Source: a virus (lineage: Duplodnaviria; Heunggongvirae; Uroviricota; Caudoviricetes). From it: a stretch of DNA of 64,000 nucleotides. Positions within the stretch are counted from its first letter, which is position 1. Each line of letters opens with the position of its first letter. The translations under genes were made by a program, and so were the position numbers. The notes beneath the pieces were generated by a model. It made no database searches and was not told the origin of the DNA. It saw only the letters and a list, made by a program, of their open reading frames with translations. Of this stretch, positions 16,462 to 26,047 are shown piece by piece. The stretch covers positions 23,199-87,198 of the IMG/VR virus record IMGVR_UViG_3300018481_000002. One strand, written 5' to 3'.

Positions 16462-17342
16462 CAGCCCTGGAAGTCGTGCGGACCACCCTTGGGGCAGTCC
16501 ACGCTGCCGTCGGTCGGGTTGACCACGGCACCGTCGTCGTTCTGCTCCACCACAGACCAGCACTTCCCGCACATGCCTTGCTTCTTGGGCTTCGCGCCCT
16601 TGGCCTTGGCGTCAGCGACAGCCTGGTCCACCATCCGACCACCCTGGGTCTTGCCGGGCGTGTAGCCCTCCTTGGTGGTGCCCTTCGGCTCGGAGTAGTG
16701 GAGCATGTACCCGCCGCCGTTCAGGTTCCCGATGATCGAGAACCGTCCGTTGTCGGCGAGCCACTGGAACATGGCGAGCGCCGTTTCGGAGTCGCGGGGG
16801 TCGATGGCGGACAGCACGTCGTCGAACGACGTCGGTGCGCCACCACCACCTCCGCTGAGAGCGGCCAGCTGTGCCTGGATGGCTGCCAGCTGGTCGGCGA
16901 CCGGGTCACCCGAAGGTGCGGCGGTCGGGTGGGGTGCGGGGTCTCCGCCGTGGAGGGCAGGGTTGCCCGGATCCCACGGCTCGGCCTCCGCCTGGACGGT
17001 GGTCACGGTGTGGACCTGCTCGTCGCCGCCACTCAGGGAAGCGATCTGGGCCTCGATCTCGGCCCTCCGCTCCGGTGTCAGTTCGGAGCCGTCGTTGTCC
17101 ATGTTCATCGAAAGCTGGAGTTCCAGCGTGTCGATCTGCTGCATGTCTCCTCCTGTGGGAGTTGGGTTCTCGATCGGGTCGATTCCCAGGTCAGAGCAGA
17201 GCCGCTCGTAGATGTCGCCGTCCTTGTAGTAGGCGTACTCGTGCAGGTACTCGGCTGGGGTTCGATCGTTGCCAGCGTGGGCGTGGAATCGGTCCAGGTA
17301 TTGCTCGATGTGAGCGATCTGTTCCGGTGTTGGCTCAGCCAT
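16461..17342 (-). CDS. hypothetical protein (293 aa) with Gly-rich linker and C-terminal CGKC/CPKGGPHD cluster
   Basis: ORF trimmed to MAEPTPEQ with GGGAGGA RBS; upstream 86 codons Arg-rich artefact. Confidence 0.6.
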   Translation of the reverse strand: MAEPTPEQIAHIEQYLDRFHAHAGNDRTPAEYLHEYAYYKDGDIYERLCSDLGIDPIENPTPTGGDMQQIDTLELQLSMNMDNDGSELTPERRAEIEAQIASLSGGDEQVHTVTTVQAEAEPWDPGNPALHGGDPAPHPTAAPSGDPVADQLAAIQAQLAALSGGGGGAPTSFDDVLSAIDPRDSETALAMFQWLADNGRFSIIGNLNGGGYMLHYSEPKGTTKEGYTPGKTQGGRMVDQAVADAKAKGAKPKKQGMCGKCWSVVEQNDDGAVVNPTDGSVDCPKGGPHDFQG

Positions 17343-17356
17343 GTTTTCCTCCCCGA

Positions 17357-17382
17357 CTGGGCGGCACCCGAGTGCCGCCCAG
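17357..17382 (-). terminator. perfect hairpin CTGGGCGGCAC-ccga-GTGCCGCCCAG between MoxR gene and next RBS
   Basis: 11-bp perfect stem seen directly; flanked by GACGAGTGTCCGGA palindrome abutting MoxR stop. Confidence 0.45.
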
Positions 17383-17400
17383 TTCAGACGAGTGTCCGGA

Positions 17401-18774
17401 TCACTTACCGGCGTTGGACAGGTTCTGCATCGACGCCGGGTCCAGGTTGAAGATCGACATGCCGACCTCCACCTTGAACGCCTCCGCCTTGGCGATGACC
17501 TCGACCAGCTTCGCGGTGGCCGTGCCAGCCGCCGTCGCCTTGTCGAGGTGCCCCTGCGCCTCGTTGAGCAGACGGTCGGTGTTCTTGACCGCGTCGACAC
17601 CGACCCGCTTCTTGCGGTTGATGTCCATGTCGGAGTCGTTGGCCTGCTTGATCTCCTTCTTCAGGTCCTCCAGACCCTTGAGCAGGTCCAGCGCCGCCTT
17701 CTCGCCGGGGTTGGTGGCGGCCAGGATGACGCCGCGAACGGTGGCCATCTGGTCCTGGAGGCTCCACCACATGTTGGCGAGGATGTCCAGGTCGCCCACC
17801 GTCACCGTCTCGTGGCCACGCACCCAGGCGTTCGCCAGGACAGCGGCCATGCCCTCCACGGCACGACGGTCGGAGATCGTGACCTTCGCAGCCCCGTGCT
17901 GGAGCTCGTCGCGCAGGTCGAAGAAGGCGTCGATCACGGGGTCCGGCACGTCGAGTGCCAGCGACTCCTTGTGGGCCTGGTCCAGGTCGGCGAGCGTCAC
18001 CTGGGTGATGCTCTGCCCGGTCAGGCTGGTGGACACGCCACGACCGGACTGGGCGATGCGAGCGATCGCGTCACCCACCATCTGGGCCTGGTTGGCACGG
18101 TCCTTGATGTACCCGACGATGTAGCGCAGGTGGATGCGGTCCCACAGGGCTGCCTGGTCGGCGTCCGTGTTGAGCTTGTTGGTGCCCGCGATCATCTGGC
18201 GCAGCGGGATGGGCGTCACCACGTCGTTGTGGAACACGCGCTCGTTCAGGGCGGGCATGATGCTGTGCAGCAGCGGGCCGTTGGCGTTGAAGAACTCGTC
18301 CAGGAAGACCTCGGAGGCCTCCGGCATCATGTTCTCCGTGACGCGGCGGACCTTGCCGTCCTTGACCATCGCCTTGATGTCGGGCGCGCCGAACACCTGC
18401 GACGGGTCTGTGGTCTCGTCCAGCGCCGTCTCGAAGTACGTGGCGTCGCTGATGTGGGACGCCATTCGCCGCGACAGCAGCGACTTGGCGGTACCACCCG
18501 GGCCGACCATGAGCAGGTGCTCCTGGGCGACTCGTCCGACCCACGCGCCTTCGATGACGTCCCCGCGCTCCAGGAGCAGCGAGTTCATCTCGTTGACGAT
18601 GGCGTTGACCTTGGCGTTGATCGACGGGTCGATCTTGGGGGCCTGGCCGGTGGCCGCCGCCACGGTGGCCGGGACGACGGTGGGCTGGTTCTCGGTGGTG
18701 GTGGTGGTCATACGGTTCCCCTCCTCAGGGTTGATGTTGGTGTCGTTCGTCGTGTCGTTGCTCGGGTTGGTCAC
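17401..18774 (-). CDS. MoxR-family AAA+ ATPase
   Basis: Walker A MVGPGGTAKS; Walker B VFLDEFFNA; 457 aa. Confidence 0.85.
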   Translation of the reverse strand: MTNPSNDTTNDTNINPEEGNRMTTTTTENQPTVVPATVAAATGQAPKIDPSINAKVNAIVNEMNSLLLERGDVIEGAWVGRVAQEHLLMVGPGGTAKSLLSRRMASHISDATYFETALDETTDPSQVFGAPDIKAMVKDGKVRRVTENMMPEASEVFLDEFFNANGPLLHSIMPALNERVFHNDVVTPIPLRQMIAGTNKLNTDADQAALWDRIHLRYIVGYIKDRANQAQMVGDAIARIAQSGRGVSTSLTGQSITQVTLADLDQAHKESLALDVPDPVIDAFFDLRDELQHGAAKVTISDRRAVEGMAAVLANAWVRGHETVTVGDLDILANMWWSLQDQMATVRGVILAATNPGEKAALDLLKGLEDLKKEIKQANDSDMDINRKKRVGVDAVKNTDRLLNEAQGHLDKATAAGTATAKLVEVIAKAEAFKVEVGMSIFNLDPASMQNLSNAGK

Positions 18775-19958
18775 TTGCGCTCCTTGATGATGCGCTTGGT
18801 CCGGCGTCTGGTCTGTTCTCTGACGGCCCGCTCACCGAACAACGCCAGTTCGGCGGTGCTCCCGGTGAGCTTGGCAATGGTCTGCGCTTCCTCCCACTGC
18901 TCGGCGATCTCGTTCATGTCCACGTGGCGACGTCTGCATTCGACGATCACCGTGCCCGAGGGCATGTGGAGGGAGACCTTGTGCTCGTTGTCCTTCTGGA
19001 AGGACTCGTTGTCGGCGTACCCGACGTCGAGGTGCATGGCTCCCTTGTCCCCACTCAGCAGGGCTTGGAGGAAGTCGTTCTCGGCGGGCGCAGTGACAGC
19101 CATGCCGAGTGACTCCATCAGCTTCACCATCTCCTGGTACAGGTCGGTGATCTTGTTGACCGTCGGGGAGTTGTCCAGGTACTCGGTCAGGTCGCTGATG
19201 AACTGGCCGTTGACGTTGGTCTCGAACAGGTCCAGGTGGAGAAGGGCAGGGGTCTCCGGGTCGGACGGGTTGGGGACCACGATGGAGTCCAGGTCTTCGA
19301 TCTTCCGGACGGCGTCCAGAACCTTCCGGACAGCAGGACGAACCCCGTGGACTCGTTCGACTACCAGGTTTTCGTAGGCCTGGTGGGCCGGGTTGTTGCG
19401 GTAGAACTCCCTCCAGATGGTGTCCAGGTTGACGTCCCAGCCGTTCCCCTGGAGCAGGTGGCTGTGGAACTGGTCGTAGCCGCTCTGGTAGGTGACGACG
19501 CTGCCGGGTGTGCCGCTGTCGTAGTTCATCACCGGCTGCAACAGACCCACGTTGACCTCGCTGATGTTCCCTCTCCCGCTGGTCAACTTCACGAACATGG
19601 TGACCGTGTAGGGGGTGTTCGGGTCCCGGAACCTCCACCACGCCAACGTGTTACCGCTCTCGGTGGGGTTGAGCAGGTGCAACTTGGCGACGGGGGGAAG
19701 TTCGCCAAGCATCGAGGACTCCAGGCGTGGGTTCACGGCAGAGAGGATCTTGGTGCCCTTGGCTTCCGCGACAGCCTTCGCCGCACCCATCAACAGGGCG
19801 TCCAAGTCGTTCAGGAACACACTCTTGGTGGTGCCAGCGACTCGCACCTTCCTACCCGAACCGGACTGCTCCAACTCGGGCTCGGAGACGATGTCACCGT
19901 TCGCCAGGAGCCACTGGCGCGGCTCGAAGCGGGTGAACTTCATCCACTGGGTTGTCAT
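18771..19958 (-). CDS. hypothetical protein (395 aa)
   Basis: ORF track; ATGA coupling both sides. Confidence 0.7.
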   Translation of the reverse strand: MTTQWMKFTRFEPRQWLLANGDIVSEPELEQSGSGRKVRVAGTTKSVFLNDLDALLMGAAKAVAEAKGTKILSAVNPRLESSMLGELPPVAKLHLLNPTESGNTLAWWRFRDPNTPYTVTMFVKLTSGRGNISEVNVGLLQPVMNYDSGTPGSVVTYQSGYDQFHSHLLQGNGWDVNLDTIWREFYRNNPAHQAYENLVVERVHGVRPAVRKVLDAVRKIEDLDSIVVPNPSDPETPALLHLDLFETNVNGQFISDLTEYLDNSPTVNKITDLYQEMVKLMESLGMAVTAPAENDFLQALLSGDKGAMHLDVGYADNESFQKDNEHKVSLHMPSGTVIVECRRRHVDMNEIAEQWEEAQTIAKLTGSTAELALFGERAVREQTRRRTKRIIKERK

Positions 19959-20782
19959 GCATCCTCCTTCTGGAGGGCGTGGTTGGGAACTGCGTGCGTG
20001 ATCTTCATGCTCGCCAGCAGTTCTTGTACTTCGGCTTGCAGTCGTGCTTCTGCGGTCGCCTCGTCGGGGATGGTCCTGGCTCGGGGGGTGATGATCCCAC
20101 GTGCGATGGCGTCTGCGCGTACGAGCCTCTTGAGCCTCTTTGCGCGCAGCTCAGCGTACTTGTCCCAGTCCGCTTGGGTGGTGATGACTCGACCGTTTGG
20201 TGGGGTGCCGTTGTGCATGTCGGTGCCTTCGCGGGAGAAGGCGATCTGGAACCCCCACTTGGGGTCACGTTCCAACCTCATCCAGGGCGCGACGTTCCGC
20301 CAGTAGTCGCCCTTCATCAACTTCTCGCTGATGTACACGACCGGGTCGGTGGTGTTGTCGATGCCGCCGCTCTCCCCGTACTTCCAGTAGTGGGTGGAGT
20401 AGGCGTACCCAGGAGTCAACACACCGTAGGTGATCTTCGCGAGTCTCTCCCGGTCACCAGGGCCGCTGATGTACGGGGTCATGAACTCCCCGTCAGCGTT
20501 GATGATGAGCGACTTCCCGACCTCCCCGTAACCCCAGGAGTTGAACCCGGTAGCCAGGATGGGTCGGTCCTTGGTGTCCCATTCGACGACCCCGATCCCG
20601 AAGTTGGGGATGCGACCGTAGAAGAAGCTGGAGCGTGCGGCGTGGTCGTTGTACTTGATCTGGTTCTCAGCGTCGAGTACCGACTTCCACTGCTTGTACA
20701 GCTGGCGCATCGGGTCCACGATCTGCCCTGTACTGGTCACTTGCTTAGTAAAATCCACGTTTTCCTCCCTTCTAAACTCCAA
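19955..20782 (-). CDS. hypothetical protein (275 aa)
   Basis: ORF track. Confidence 0.7.
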   Translation of the reverse strand: MEFRREENVDFTKQVTSTGQIVDPMRQLYKQWKSVLDAENQIKYNDHAARSSFFYGRIPNFGIGVVEWDTKDRPILATGFNSWGYGEVGKSLIINADGEFMTPYISGPGDRERLAKITYGVLTPGYAYSTHYWKYGESGGIDNTTDPVVYISEKLMKGDYWRNVAPWMRLERDPKWGFQIAFSREGTDMHNGTPPNGRVITTQADWDKYAELRAKRLKRLVRADAIARGIITPRARTIPDEATAEARLQAEVQELLASMKITHAVPNHALQKEDA

Positions 20783-20799
20783 AGATCCGTGACGAAAGA

Positions 20800-20843
20800 C
20801 CTCTCACGCTACGCGTACAACGCGTCACGCTTCACGCACACGC
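20800..20843 (-). promoter_or_regulatory. ACGCGT-containing element (CTCTCACGCTACGCGTACAACGCGTCACGC), paralog of element at 34068
   Basis: 24/29 identity to 34070..34098; sits just upstream of 19955..20782 start. Confidence 0.4.
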
Positions 20844-21133
20844 AAAGCCTTGAACAGTCGCTCGGCGTCCTCCTCCCCGAGGGCGCGGACGATCTCCGCG
20901 CGCGCACCAGGAGCCATGAGCCCGCCACCTTGCTTCGCCATCATTCGCAGCATGCCCACGTGTCCACCGATGCAGTTCATGCACTTGGTTTCGACGTCCT
21001 GGTCAGGGTCGGAGACCATCCCGAGCGATGCTGGACTGATCCAGCATTCGTGGCCGCAGGTCGCTGTGTACGGCAGGCACTCAGGCAGGTGGTCTTCCTC
21101 GATGTTGCTGAGGATGATCTGCGCATCGCTCAT
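20825..21133 (-). CDS. Cys-rich small protein (103 aa)
   Basis: ORF 20825..21445 trimmed to MSDAQIILSN; CGHEC...CMNC. Confidence 0.55.
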   Translation of the reverse strand: MSDAQIILSNIEEDHLPECLPYTATCGHECWISPASLGMVSDPDQDVETKCMNCIGGHVGMLRMMAKQGGGLMAPGARAEIVRALGEEDAERLFKALRVREA

Positions 21134-21330
21134 CCCGACGACACTCCGATGCGTGTGGTCTGGCCGGTGGCGGTGTCGTGCTCGAAGTGCAGCGTGACCC
21201 CGATGCCGTTGATCTCGTCGACCAACTGGTCGGCAACCTGCTGCGGCACACCCTGACCAACCAGGTGCTCGATGGTTTCGCCGCGCTCGTAGTCGTCGTA
21301 GATGCTGTAGTGGAACTTGAGGATCGCCAT
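21130..21330 (-). CDS. hypothetical small protein
   Basis: ORF 21130..21366, start at internal ATG giving TGATG coupling. Confidence 0.5.
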   Translation of the reverse strand: MAILKFHYSIYDDYERGETIEHLVGQGVPQQVADQLVDEINGIGVTLHFEHDTATGQTTRIGVSSG

Positions 21331-21944
21331 CAGCCCGGGAACGGTGTGGTCGAACCGTCCGGCCAACGGAGGAGCGGCTCCTGGAGGGTGGTCGAGGTGC
21401 CGTCTGCGACGATCCGCCAGTACAACTGCCGGTCGGTGACCGCACGGAACCCGGCCATCCCAGAGAGGACGCTGGTCTGGGTCTTCACCAGGGCCGCGAG
21501 TTCCTCGATCTCCTTCTTGAAGTTCTTGTACCCGTAGAGGTCGGTGCTCCCCTCGTGCTGGTACTCGACCTTGGTGACGTTCTCGGAGACGACGACGATC
21601 TTGCCGTCGACCACGGTTACGTCTTCCAGCTTGTGGGCCTTGAGCTTGATGAACTCCTTGTTCCTGTTGAACGTGGTGACCGCGCTGGGATCCAGCGGCG
21701 GGTCAACGGTGAACTCGACGTCGTACGCGGTGAAGTACTCGACGTCCTTGTCGACTGTTGTGCTCTTCTTCGGCATGGACTTCTTTCCCTTCTTCTTGGT
21801 AGGTCTGTTTGGTGGCATCTGGCCACCATTGGGTGTGGTCGGTCCCGATCCCAAGAGCTGCTGGAGAGAGGTAGGTCCGTTGGCTCCTGACATCACTTGC
21901 TGGATCAGCGCTTGGAACGGGTCAGGTGGTCCCGCCACCGTCAC
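21330..21944 (-). CDS. hypothetical protein (204 aa), Lys-rich linker
   Basis: ORF track. Confidence 0.6.
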   Translation of the reverse strand: MTVAGPPDPFQALIQQVMSGANGPTSLQQLLGSGPTTPNGGQMPPNRPTKKKGKKSMPKKSTTVDKDVEYFTAYDVEFTVDPPLDPSAVTTFNRNKEFIKLKAHKLEDVTVVDGKIVVVSENVTKVEYQHEGSTDLYGYKNFKKEIEELAALVKTQTSVLSGMAGFRAVTDRQLYWRIVADGTSTTLQEPLLRWPDGSTTPFPG

Positions 21945-22453
21945 TGGTCGGGGTCGCTTCCCCGGAGGAACTTGTAGATCTCCTTCGACAGGTCAACGAT
22001 GTCCGCAGGCGGCTGCTCCTCCTGCTTCTTCAGAGCCTTCTCCCACTTCTCGGACATGTTGATCGGCTCGGAAGCCATGTCACGGATGTGGTCCAGGACC
22101 TTCGTGTACTCGTCCGCGTCCCATCCCTCGATGCCAGCCAGCTGGTGGTACGGCGGCGGCTCCGTCGGGACGTTGAAGTAGTAGGTGCGGTACGTGTTGT
22201 CGTACGTGTCTTCCTGGTCGTAGAGGAACTCTGGGTGTGCGGACAGCATCACGTCGATGTTGGGGTCGGCGTTGTCTCCGCCGTTCCTGGTGTAGAACGC
22301 GAGGCGGAGGGTTCCGTCGTCGAGTTTCTCGATCCAGGCGTCTCGGTACCGGGCGAACGCTTCCCGCTCCAGGCCCAGGAGGTTCAGGCCGAGCAGGGAG
22401 CCACGGAGTTCTTCTTGTCCGTCGCCGAAGATCATGTTGTAGAGGCCGCTCAT
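21941..22453 (-). CDS. hypothetical protein (170 aa)
   Basis: ORF track; ATGA coupling. Confidence 0.6.
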   Translation of the reverse strand: MSGLYNMIFGDGQEELRGSLLGLNLLGLEREAFARYRDAWIEKLDDGTLRLAFYTRNGGDNADPNIDVMLSAHPEFLYDQEDTYDNTYRTYYFNVPTEPPPYHQLAGIEGWDADEYTKVLDHIRDMASEPINMSEKWEKALKKQEEQPPADIVDLSKEIYKFLRGSDPDQ

Positions 22454-22794
22454 GGCGTCTCCTTAAGTTTGAACACCTGTCTGATTTCTTCGTCGGTGAC
22501 TGGTTGGAAGACGTCTTCGAGACCGTAGATGTCAATGCACACGCCTTCCCACGGGTAGCCGTGGATGCTGTGTTTCAGGTCAGGGTCGATCGCGGTGAAG
22601 TCGACTGTGACGTAAGGCTGTTGCTGGTCGAGGTGTACCTCGGTGACGATCGCTCGCTTGCCTTCGTATCTCTCGGGTTCCGCGCCAGTGTCGCCGAACT
22701 CGTCCGCAGGGTTGTTCGGGATGTGTTTCCCCATCCACCAGTTCTCCCTGACGAGCACCTCGTCGCCTACTTCCGGCACCCAGTCACCGCTCAT
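22450..22794 (-). CDS. small protein, TDEE-tail family (GDEVLVREN; PVTDEEIRQVFKLKETP)
   Basis: ORF track; family motifs. Confidence 0.65.
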   Translation of the reverse strand: MSGDWVPEVGDEVLVRENWWMGKHIPNNPADEFGDTGAEPERYEGKRAIVTEVHLDQQQPYVTVDFTAIDPDLKHSIHGYPWEGVCIDIYGLEDVFQPVTDEEIRQVFKLKETP

Positions 22795-22796
22795 GG

Positions 22797-23267
22797 CTAC
22801 TCCTCGGTGGTCTTGAACCTGATGAGACCATCGGCCACCGACACCGAGTACACGTCGATGTCCTCTTCCTCCAACGCGGCCTTGATCTCCGAGGCAGACG
22901 CTGACGGGGTGGTGGTGTTCGCAGTGATCTTGCGGACAGTGGCGCTCACTGTCCCTTGCTTGCCCTTGGCGGCACGGATGACAGCGAACTTGCAGTTCCA
23001 GGGGTCGAGTTCGTAGTCGGCTTCGGTCTCGACGATGGGGACGACGTAGGTGTCGGCACCCTTCGGGTCAGCCTGGAACGTCTCAGCCTGCTCCAGTTCC
23101 GCCTCGATCTTCTCGAACTCGGACAGTTCACGCTCACGGAACTCGTAGGGGGTGGTGAGGGTGTCGTCGATCTCGATGTCGAACCCGGACCCGAAGGCGG
23201 CGACGACGGCTGCTCGTTGGCCTGGCTGGCAGGCGATGTAACGCTTCACTGTGGTGCTGGTGCCCAT
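22797..23267 (-). CDS. hypothetical protein (156 aa)
   Basis: ORF trimmed to MGTSTTVKRY with AGGGAGG RBS. Confidence 0.55.
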   Translation of the reverse strand: MGTSTTVKRYIACQPGQRAAVVAAFGSGFDIEIDDTLTTPYEFRERELSEFEKIEAELEQAETFQADPKGADTYVVPIVETEADYELDPWNCKFAVIRAAKGKQGTVSATVRKITANTTTPSASASEIKAALEEEDIDVYSVSVADGLIRFKTTEE

Positions 23268-23281
23268 GGTGTGCCTCCCTT

Positions 23282-24361
23282 TCAGTAGACGAGGTTGCGC
23301 AGGTCGTAGGACGGCGGAGGGAGTTTCTTGTACAGGACCCTGTAGCCCTCTTCGGTGAGGAACTCGAAGACGCCCTTCTCGGCGTCCAACTTCTGCACAT
23401 CGGTCGACTTGATGAGGATGCCGTTCCCGAGGATGTTGTTCCTCTCGTCGTCCTCGTCGTCGTCGTCCCCTGGGAAGTTCACCCAGTGGTGGTGCGCTCC
23501 GCCACGTTCGGTCAGTGGCGTGTTGGACTGCTTCTCTTCGACCCTGCCCTCGACACCTGTCGGGGACCACACCGTTACCTGGTACTGGGTGCCCGAGTGG
23601 TCCTCACCCATCGGCTTGGCGTTCAGGAGCTTCAGCGCGTCGAACGGGTCCTCCTTGTAGCGGTTCATCTCCTCCACGAGGGCCTTCAACATGTCGAAGT
23701 TGAACTTCTCGAACATGCCGGACACCCTCACCACTGCGTCAGTGTGGTCCTGGTTCTCCAGGTTGTCTTCGCAGTATTCGCGGACGAAGCTGCCCTCCAG
23801 GCCGTCGAAGTCCAGCGAGTAGAACAGGCGACCCGGACGGTTTCGCATGTGCGAGTCGACGGCGTACTTGTTGTTCACGGTCAGGATGAACAACTTCTTG
23901 CTGGTCATGGTCCCGTCGAGGAGCGTCAGCACGCCCTCCTGCTGGTTCGAGTTGTACACCTTCTCGAACTCGTCCATGAGGACGATCGCTGGCTGGGTGA
24001 CGGTGGCGAGGAGGCTGCTGAACTCGTCACCCTCCCATGGTGCGTTCACCAAGATGGTGGGGATGCTGGCCTGGTAGCCGTCGATGGCGATCAGGCGGGC
24101 GAGCAGGCTCTTCCCGGAACCCTTCTCCCCGGCGAGGAGAGCTCCGGTGGCGCGTTCCCGGTCCAGGAACGTCGACATGATCCTGTCGGCGTAGCGTTGC
24201 AACTCGCCGTAGGTCTTGCCTTCGCTGGTGAACTTGGGGACGCGTTGGAAGAACATGCCTGCCATGCTCTTGGCGACGACGTAGTTGCCGACGGGGAGGT
24301 TGTCGAGAAGGGCTTCTCTTCCTGGGGTGGGGAAGTAGCCGTCTCCGTTTTGCATGAACAT
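23282..24361 (-). CDS. P-loop ATPase (AAA-like)
   Basis: Walker A LLAGEKGSGKS; Walker B AIVLMDEFEK. Confidence 0.75.
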   Translation of the reverse strand: MFMQNGDGYFPTPGREALLDNLPVGNYVVAKSMAGMFFQRVPKFTSEGKTYGELQRYADRIMSTFLDRERATGALLAGEKGSGKSLLARLIAIDGYQASIPTILVNAPWEGDEFSSLLATVTQPAIVLMDEFEKVYNSNQQEGVLTLLDGTMTSKKLFILTVNNKYAVDSHMRNRPGRLFYSLDFDGLEGSFVREYCEDNLENQDHTDAVVRVSGMFEKFNFDMLKALVEEMNRYKEDPFDALKLLNAKPMGEDHSGTQYQVTVWSPTGVEGRVEEKQSNTPLTERGGAHHHWVNFPGDDDDEDDERNNILGNGILIKSTDVQKLDAEKGVFEFLTEEGYRVLYKKLPPPSYDLRNLVY

Positions 24362-24400
24362 GTGGTTGCCTCCAGGGGCATTGGGTTGTTTGGACGGATG

Positions 24401-25081
24401 TCAGAAATCAGTGGTGGGGGTGTCCGGACCCTTTGTTCGGTTTCCTTCGAGGCCGAAGATCCGCATGCCGATCTCCACCTTGACGATCACCAGATGGCTC
24501 TTTTCGTCGTCGCTGAAGGTGTAATCGGGGCTGTAGAGCATCCTCGACGCCTGCTGGAGGAGCGCCACTCCCGCTGTCTTGCGTTGGGTGGTGTCCTCCA
24601 GCAGGAGGGTCCACTTGAGCAGGTCTTCCACCTGGTCGACGGTGGTCGCCCCCGGGATCGCGTTGATGATCTCTGCGTAAGTGAGTCGAGTATCGAAGGC
24701 GTTCGGCTCCCCCTCGAAGGGATCCGTGAAGGCCTCGTAGATCACCGGCTCCGGTCCCGGCACTGGAGTTGTGGGCTCGTAGAACCGGCGCGGGCCGTAA
24801 CCAGGGGCCTCGGGGGCCTGGGCCTGGTCGTCGTCGGCGTCCATCTTGGCGAGCCGGACGATCTCCGCAGCAGTGTTCGGGGCTTCCTTGCGGATCAGCC
24901 GAGCGGACTGCTCCACGTTCCTCTCTAGGTCCCTGAAGGCGTGGAGAGGAATCGACTCTTCCTTCTCGGGCACCTCGTCGGTGGCCTTCGACCAGTCGTC
25001 CTTCACGCTGTCGATCTGCTCGAACAACTCATCCACTGCACCTTCAACGAAGGCCTTCACGACCTTGAGTAGGGCATCCAT
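24401..25081 (-). CDS. hypothetical protein (226 aa)
   Basis: ORF track. Confidence 0.6.
   Translation of the reverse strand: MDALLKVVKAFVEGAVDELFEQIDSVKDDWSKATDEVPEKEESIPLHAFRDLERNVEQSARLIRKEAPNTAAEIVRLAKMDADDDQAQAPEAPGYGPRRFYEPTTPVPGPEPVIYEAFTDPFEGEPNAFDTRLTYAEIINAIPGATTVDQVEDLLKWTLLLEDTTQRKTAGVALLQQASRMLYSPDYTFSDDEKSHLVIVKVEIGMRIFGLEGNRTKGPDTPTTDF
24404..24443 (-). promoter_or_regulatory. conserved 40-bp intergenic element, copy C
   Basis: agaaatcagtggtgggggtgtccggaccctttgttcggttt, about 40 nt upstream of ATPase ATG. Confidence 0.5.
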
Positions 25082-25482
25082 CAGGACTCCTCTAGTTGTG
25101 TAGCCATCGAGCCCATGATGCTCGCCAGAGCGGCCTCGATGTCTTCCTCGGGCGGTGGAGTGTTGTCCACCGGCTTCTTGCGTTTGATCTTCTTCTGTTC
25201 TTCGAGCTTCCTCGCCAGCTTGTCCATGTCGAGCGCCAGTTCGTTCGGACCAGGCTTGCGCCCCAAGAGCCGCACCGCCTCGGCGTCGCTGAACTGCGGA
25301 AGTTCGTAGTCCTGCACCGGGTAGGTCTTGAAAGCCTCTGCGTAGAGGTTGCTTCCGTAGCCCCCACCGAGTTTCTCGAACGCCGCGTTCAAGCCGTCAG
25401 CGAACTTGAGAGCCTCCTCCTTGAGGCGGAACGTCGCGCTCCACGTGCTGTCACCGTCGTAACTGACATTTACACACCACAT
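25081..25482 (-). CDS. hypothetical protein with TDEE-tail variant (PEEDIEAALASIMGSMATQLEES)
   Basis: ORF track; TGATG coupling. Confidence 0.6.
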   Translation of the reverse strand: MWCVNVSYDGDSTWSATFRLKEEALKFADGLNAAFEKLGGGYGSNLYAEAFKTYPVQDYELPQFSDAEAVRLLGRKPGPNELALDMDKLARKLEEQKKIKRKKPVDNTPPPEEDIEAALASIMGSMATQLEES

Positions 25483-25493
25483 GGAGCCTCCTA

Positions 25494-25640
25494 GAAGAAG
25501 ATGGCCAGCACGAAACCAGCGACGTGCCAGGCCAGGTACAGCATCGTCAGGGCCAGCAGGACCACGTGGTTGACATGCCAGCCGTCACCCAGGTGCCTGC
25601 GGGTGCGGACAGCCTGCTCACGGACGAGGGTTCTCATGGC
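25494..25640 (-). CDS. possible 48-aa membrane peptide
   Basis: unlisted ORF MRTLVREQAVRTRRHLGDGWHVNHVVLLALTMLYLAWHVAGFVLAIFF read from minus strand. Confidence 0.35.
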
Positions 25641-26047
25641 TGCTCCTTCAGGGACTCGACCTGGTACACGGTCAGATTTTCGGTCTCCTGGAGCACGGCG
25701 GACCAGGTGAGGCGGGAGTTGCCGTTGATACCGGCCCGAAGCCAGCCACCGTTTTCCTTGAAGAAGAATTTGGTGTGCCAGGGGTCGCCGTCTTCGGCGA
25801 TCAGGTACGTCCCGTCCGGCCAGTCGTCCTTTGGCTCGTTCTCGATCTTCTCGATCTTCGCCAAGGTCTCGGCCTTTCGCTCCTCCCAGGACTTGATGTT
25901 GTCGTGGGCCAGCTGGATCTGGGACTCGCAGGAGTGGAGGTTCCTTTTGAGCTCAGTCAGACGTCGGTCGATCTGTACCTGGCAGGAGCCGTAACAGGTG
26001 GCCCCACATCTGGGGCACCATCCCGTGTGACCGTCGTAGACACCCAT
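25634..26047 (-). CDS. zinc-ribbon/coiled-coil protein (137 aa)
   Basis: CPRCGATCYGSC; ORF track. Confidence 0.6.
   Translation of the reverse strand: MGVYDGHTGWCPRCGATCYGSCQVQIDRRLTELKRNLHSCESQIQLAHDNIKSWEERKAETLAKIEKIENEPKDDWPDGTYLIAEDGDPWHTKFFFKENGGWLRAGINGNSRLTWSAVLQETENLTVYQVESLKEQP

Noticed and set aside
18071-19641. Minus-strand ORFs 18071-18544 and 18832-19641
   Set aside because: They are out-of-frame overlaps inside the MoxR gene and the 395-aa gene. Their composition is Arg/Gly/Pro-rich.
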